Positions 59,733 to 64,000 of a stretch of DNA of 64,000 nucleotides are shown in pieces; position 1 is the first letter of the stretch; each line of letters starts with the position of its first letter. The notes below the pieces were generated by a model. It was given only the letters and a program-made list of their open reading frames with translations, was not told where the DNA came from and made no database searches. The stretch is from Amphiscolops sp. MND2022 (taxonomy: Eukaryota). The position numbers and the translations under genes were made by a program. The stretch is from contig OZ076413.1 in assembly GCA_964187785.1 (NCBI GenBank), positions 8,308,001-8,372,000 on the forward strand. Direction: 5' to 3'.

Positions 59733-60110
59733 ACTTGGCATAGAGGTTACGGCTTTTTTGAGGTCTGCCAAGCAGAAGGACATGGGTTCGAGTCCCGCCC
59801 TTGACCAAAATTTTTTTGTGCAATTTTTTTTCGGCTTTGTGACTTTTTTTCGCAAATATCTCCAAAGGGTCTACCCGTCATTTTTTGTCTATTTTGCAAA
59901 AATGGATGTTCAAAGACTCCCAGAGTGCCCCCTTTTACATGTTTCGGCACTATGCGACTAAAAAAAATTTAAAAAGATCGGAATTTTTTTTCCAATTTTT
60001 CCTCAAGCGGGTACTGTAGAAGAGAATACTTGACACTTTGAAGTCCTTTTGCTATTTTTGAGCCTTAGATATGGCGCCGACTTGGGCCGTTCCCGGCTTG
60101 TTTTTGCTTT
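59733..60110 (+). mobile_element. tRNA-derived SINE-like repeat
   Basis: A box TGGCATAGAGG (59736), B box GGTTCGAGTCC (59785); body shares TTTCGGCACTATGCGACT with 53759-54560. Confidence 0.6.
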
Positions 60111-60599
60111 GATGCTGCGCTTTCCCAACCAAAGTCCACAATCCGGTAGCATCATTACATTGCAGTCATGATGAGAAATATATGAATCGGAGCACGCACA
60201 AACAACAATGGTCTTTTCTACAAAATGTTTCCGATAAAACTCACTTAAATTTATACTTTGAACAAACTTGTGTTTAATAAAAACAGTAGACACTAAACAA
60301 GGAGAAAAGTTTAAATTAGGTAACGGTAGTTTAATTTGACAATTAATGTTGCATGCTGATGAGTTATGAACTGTTGAATAAGAATCGTAACAACTTCCAT
60401 CAGAACACAATAATTAAAAATGATTAAAACTACAGTGAATTCAGTTTTAAAATCAAATTGTTTTACAAAAGATGAATTAAATCAAGCGGAAACTTGTAGG
60501 GATCCATAGGTTGCTATATTAAACCAATTGTAATTTGAAATTCTAAGAGTGTCAGAACTGTCACAACCTAAACTGTTTATTTCACGATGCCCTTAGTCA

Positions 60600-60900
60600 G
60601 TAGAGCTTTGTGAAGCAAAACAGCTGAAGCTTATGACAATTACTGACACAGCTTGAAGTAATATTTTAAAATATAATGATTATCTGAATGAACTATAAAA
60701 ACTGAAGCTGTTTAATCCACGGTCCCCACCCTTTAATAGTAGAGCTTTGTGAATAAAAACAGCTCAAGTTTTAGACAATGACTTACTTACAAAGACAATA
60801 AACAACTTGCTATTTCAATAGAGACCACAACTAAAAGTAGACAAAGAAAGTTAATCCACAGCGTCCACCCTCAATCATATGGTAGAGCTTTGTGGTATCA
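60600..60900. repeat. Three ~140-bp imperfect tandem units just downstream of the Helitron-like ORF
   Basis: GTAGAGCTTTGTG at 60600, 60739 and 60882; the latter two are preceded by TTAATCCAC..CCACCC. Confidence 0.7.
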
Positions 60901-60908
60901 ACTGAAAC

Positions 60909-63900
60909 CTACCGAACAATTTTCCCAGTGACAACAACGCGTAAACCCTCACATTCAACATTAAAATCCTCCATGCGTTTAATGAAAATTTCCAAAAATT
61001 GACTTGGCGCACCGTAACCATCGTGAACATTCAACAAAAGAAACATTTTATGGATATTCGACTCTAAATGTTCGCGCTGAATTTGGTTTGTACAATCGTC
61101 GTCAGAGAAACCCGTAGCAGAACAAAGCACTCCCCAAGGCCTAAGATGTCTTTTGTTTGTCAAAAATGAACCATCACCCGAATTATGCTCACGTAATCTA
61201 CGCTTGATGTTGCAAGTTTCTCCTACGTAAGATACCGAGATATCCTTTGTGCTCACCAGGAGGTAAACAAACCCAACGTCTCCTGGTGGTATATCAACTT
61301 TACGAGGTTTGAAAGATGTATTAGCGATATCGAAAACAACTGGAGCTTGATTACACGCTGTTTGGACCAATTTCTCAGTATATTCGTCCCATTGGGCAGT
61401 TTGACCTAAAAGGCGTTTAATTGTTATTATCGTTGTTTCCCTATCACCCACAAATGTCAAATCTTTCAAATTTTGGACACGACTCACTAGAACGTACAAT
61501 TGTTCTTTTTCCCAGAGACAATACTCTGCTTCAAAACAATCAATTTTAGTAACAACCTTACCAATAGTTTCTCCCATCGCCTTATGAATCGTCATCGCCA
61601 TAAAGTTTTTCAGAGGGAATTGAGTTCTCCTCAAAGACGACCCCTTGAAGCTGTGCACAAAACCGGCCTGTTTATGAAGTACAATTTCAAACCAACCGTT
61701 TTCATTGAAGCCGTGTTGGCCAATTTCGTTTGAACTTGGTATCTTCCTAACACCTGGCGAGGCAACAATGACTTCGATTTTTTTTGAACCGTCAAAACTT
61801 TTGAACACACACATCTGGCCTTGTGAAACATTTAAATTTGGTATATTGCAGGTTCCTCTCAGCAAGGCATTTTCATAGCAAAACAACTTTCGAGGTTCTA
61901 AGCACAGTCGGTTAAGATTTTTTTTTAAAATTTCCTTCCAGCTACTTGTACGATTAGATTTCACTTCATCTAAGCTTCCAATCTCAACAATTGTTAGCCC
62001 AGACGAGGAAACTCGTTGCATATGATGTTCGATAGCTTTTTGTTCAGCAGCTCTAGTTGCATAAATACGTATAGAGTCAAGAGGGCTGTTATCAAGTGAG
62101 CCAAACTTACAATTGTTTTTGAAAATTTAATTTCCTCATTTGTCAACTTCGGAGAAGACAACATTACCAAAAATTACCGACCTATCAAATCATCCATTCG
62201 CACACCGTTTTTAAGGGCAAACATTCTGACACTCGTGAACATGATGGGTGACGTCCAAATTAATCTGCCCTGGGGGGTGGTAGTTGTTTCGGGTCTCATG
62301 TTGCGCATACCAAAACACCTCCAAAAGGAAGAAAGGAGTTCGGACGCTTTGAAGAATCAAGTCAATGGCGGCGAACTCCTCAGAGCAAATCATACCAACT
62401 TCCTCAAGGTAAATCACATCCAACCTTTTGAGCACTGTCAACTTTGCTGAGTCAAACACTTTTGAAGAGCATTCTCTGCAATTTGGTCTACATTATAGGA
62501 CGTGGAAACCGGTAGACCGAACAAGTCATGTATATGTATACCAGAAAAAAAAGGGCATGGAACGTTCACTGCTCAGTGAAGTGACCATGACATTCAATCC
62601 TTTGCACATAACGTAAAGATGAGTTATTACGAACGTTTTGCCTGACCCCGGCATTCCCACAACAAACAAATGTTTAACAAACCTTGAGGAAGAACTTCAA
62701 AATTTGTCAATAGAATTCATCAAAGAAGACATAAGAACTTGTTGTTCATGGTTGAAGTTCAGTTCTGTACTCAACAGAGGGTTATAATTTAGGGAGGAAT
62801 CAATGTTGCAGTTCAGCAAATCCTCAATTGAGGGCTTTGCCACATCTCTTATTAAATTGTATATTTGAACTTTCACGTTGTCACATTTGTTCGAAACAGA
62901 CTGGTTCAAATCGTTACATTGCTCCTGCAATGCTTGGTAAACAATTGTAGGTGTTTCAATTTCGTCTTCATTATTGTTCAACAAAAGACAGAGCTAACTT
63001 GGCGTCTATTACCTGTCTATCCTGTGACACATGGGAACCCGGTACAAAAAGAACACGTTTCAGACCAAAGTCTGTCGAAATAGAATTAACTTCGTCTACT
63101 GAAGCAGAATTGGCATTACTTAATAAACCTCCCGCATGGTATGCGGAAACAATGTTCCTCCCCTCATATAAATCAAACTTTTTCGTACCTGCCGAACTTT
63201 AGAAGAAGACTAAGAAAATTAGGTGCATGCTTTGGAATGACATTCGGAAAACAACAATCGCTCGTTTTCTGAATTCAGGACGATTGTCGATGCGAAATTG
63301 AGCGGCATCAGGACTAGAAAACAAAAAAAGGTGGAGGCAAAATAACTATTTGTTACAGGAGTCATGTTTCCGTTTGGCCAAAAGGTCCTTAAACGTTTCT
63401 ACAGAAAAGCGGCGAACTCTGACAAGATTACCAACACCATCAATCCAACAACTTTGACCCAATGATTGAGTTGAATTATCATGCAAAACTGCTTCTTTTA
63501 TCTTTGTGAAAGAAAAATGTCTGAAGTAAAACTCCAAATCATTAACAAAAAGAAGCTCAGTCTTACCGCAAACAAAGAAACTTTGTCAATGGAAAGGTGC
63601 GATTTTGAATGTTCCTTAACCGCACGAACTTGATTAACAGTGAAAAGTCGAAAGGTATCTAATAGTGAAAAATTGCGGTAGTTGACAAATTCCATGTTCG
63701 GATTATACTGCCCCGGGCGATCAACGATACGCCTGTGTTTTTCTTCGAACGAAACCTCCCCTGTTTTCCAACGGTTTCGTGTTAACATGAACACAGGTGT
63801 ACGTTGGATAAACGTATTTCAGATCTAAAATTGACCAAATGCATTCAGTAGAGGATAGAATTCTACATTTTGATGACGTTTTTTCTTTTTCATTCTTAGC

Positions 63901-64000
63901 CGCTATTTGCGCTCCAGCTATTTTTATGTTTTTCATTCGTTTAACGGTAATAGACACGGTGTCATTCGATTTCCCTCCTATGTTAACTTCAGTATGTTCT
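60909..64000 (-). mobile_element. Helitron-like Rep/helicase (3' part, frameshifted) with a C-terminal GIY-YIG domain
   Basis: Rep C-terminal-like RILSSTECIWSIL; Walker A VVGMPGSGKT (~62634-62660); Walker B IYLEEVGM; PIF1 motifs QFPL..AMTIHKAMGETI and QLYVLVSRV; then GFVYLLVS..YVGET.NIKRRLREHN in the same ORF (60909-62021). HUH motifs lie outside the window. Confidence 0.82.

Overview
Animal genomic DNA (invertebrate-like, roughly 40% GC, spliceosomal introns); no prokaryotic features. The first 37.5 kb hold three closely spaced giant Ty3/Gypsy LTR retrotransposons from three different families: A (3' part only, 1-4559, +), B (complete, 4688-20204, -, TSD ATCCC) and C (complete but decayed, 20723-37546, -, TSD ATTGG). 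They share an unusual architecture. (1) Gag starts 100-220 codons inside the LTR and reads through the PBS. (2) B and C have an A-AAA-AAC -1 frameshift site between gag and pol. (3) A sense ORF-X runs across the PPT into the 3' LTR. (4) Between pol and ORF-X lies a multi-exon ANTISENSE gene with phase-compatible GT-AG introns, encoding a ~1000-aa BED-like zinc-finger / hAT-transposase-like protein that appears to have lost its catalytic residues. This retrotransposon-borne, intron-containing accessory gene is the main candidate novel system. The rest of the window has a LINE 5' fragment between inverted repeats, a hAT transposon with TIRs and 8-bp TSD, an intronless LicD-family ORF, a Penelope remnant with a candidate hammerhead ribozyme, five coding exons of an ELOVL4-like elongase, and, within the elongase introns, CRE-like and SINE-like repeats, a duplicated Cys-rich ORF remnant and a Helitron-like helicase fused to GIY-YIG. 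All alignments were made by eye; no database searches were run.
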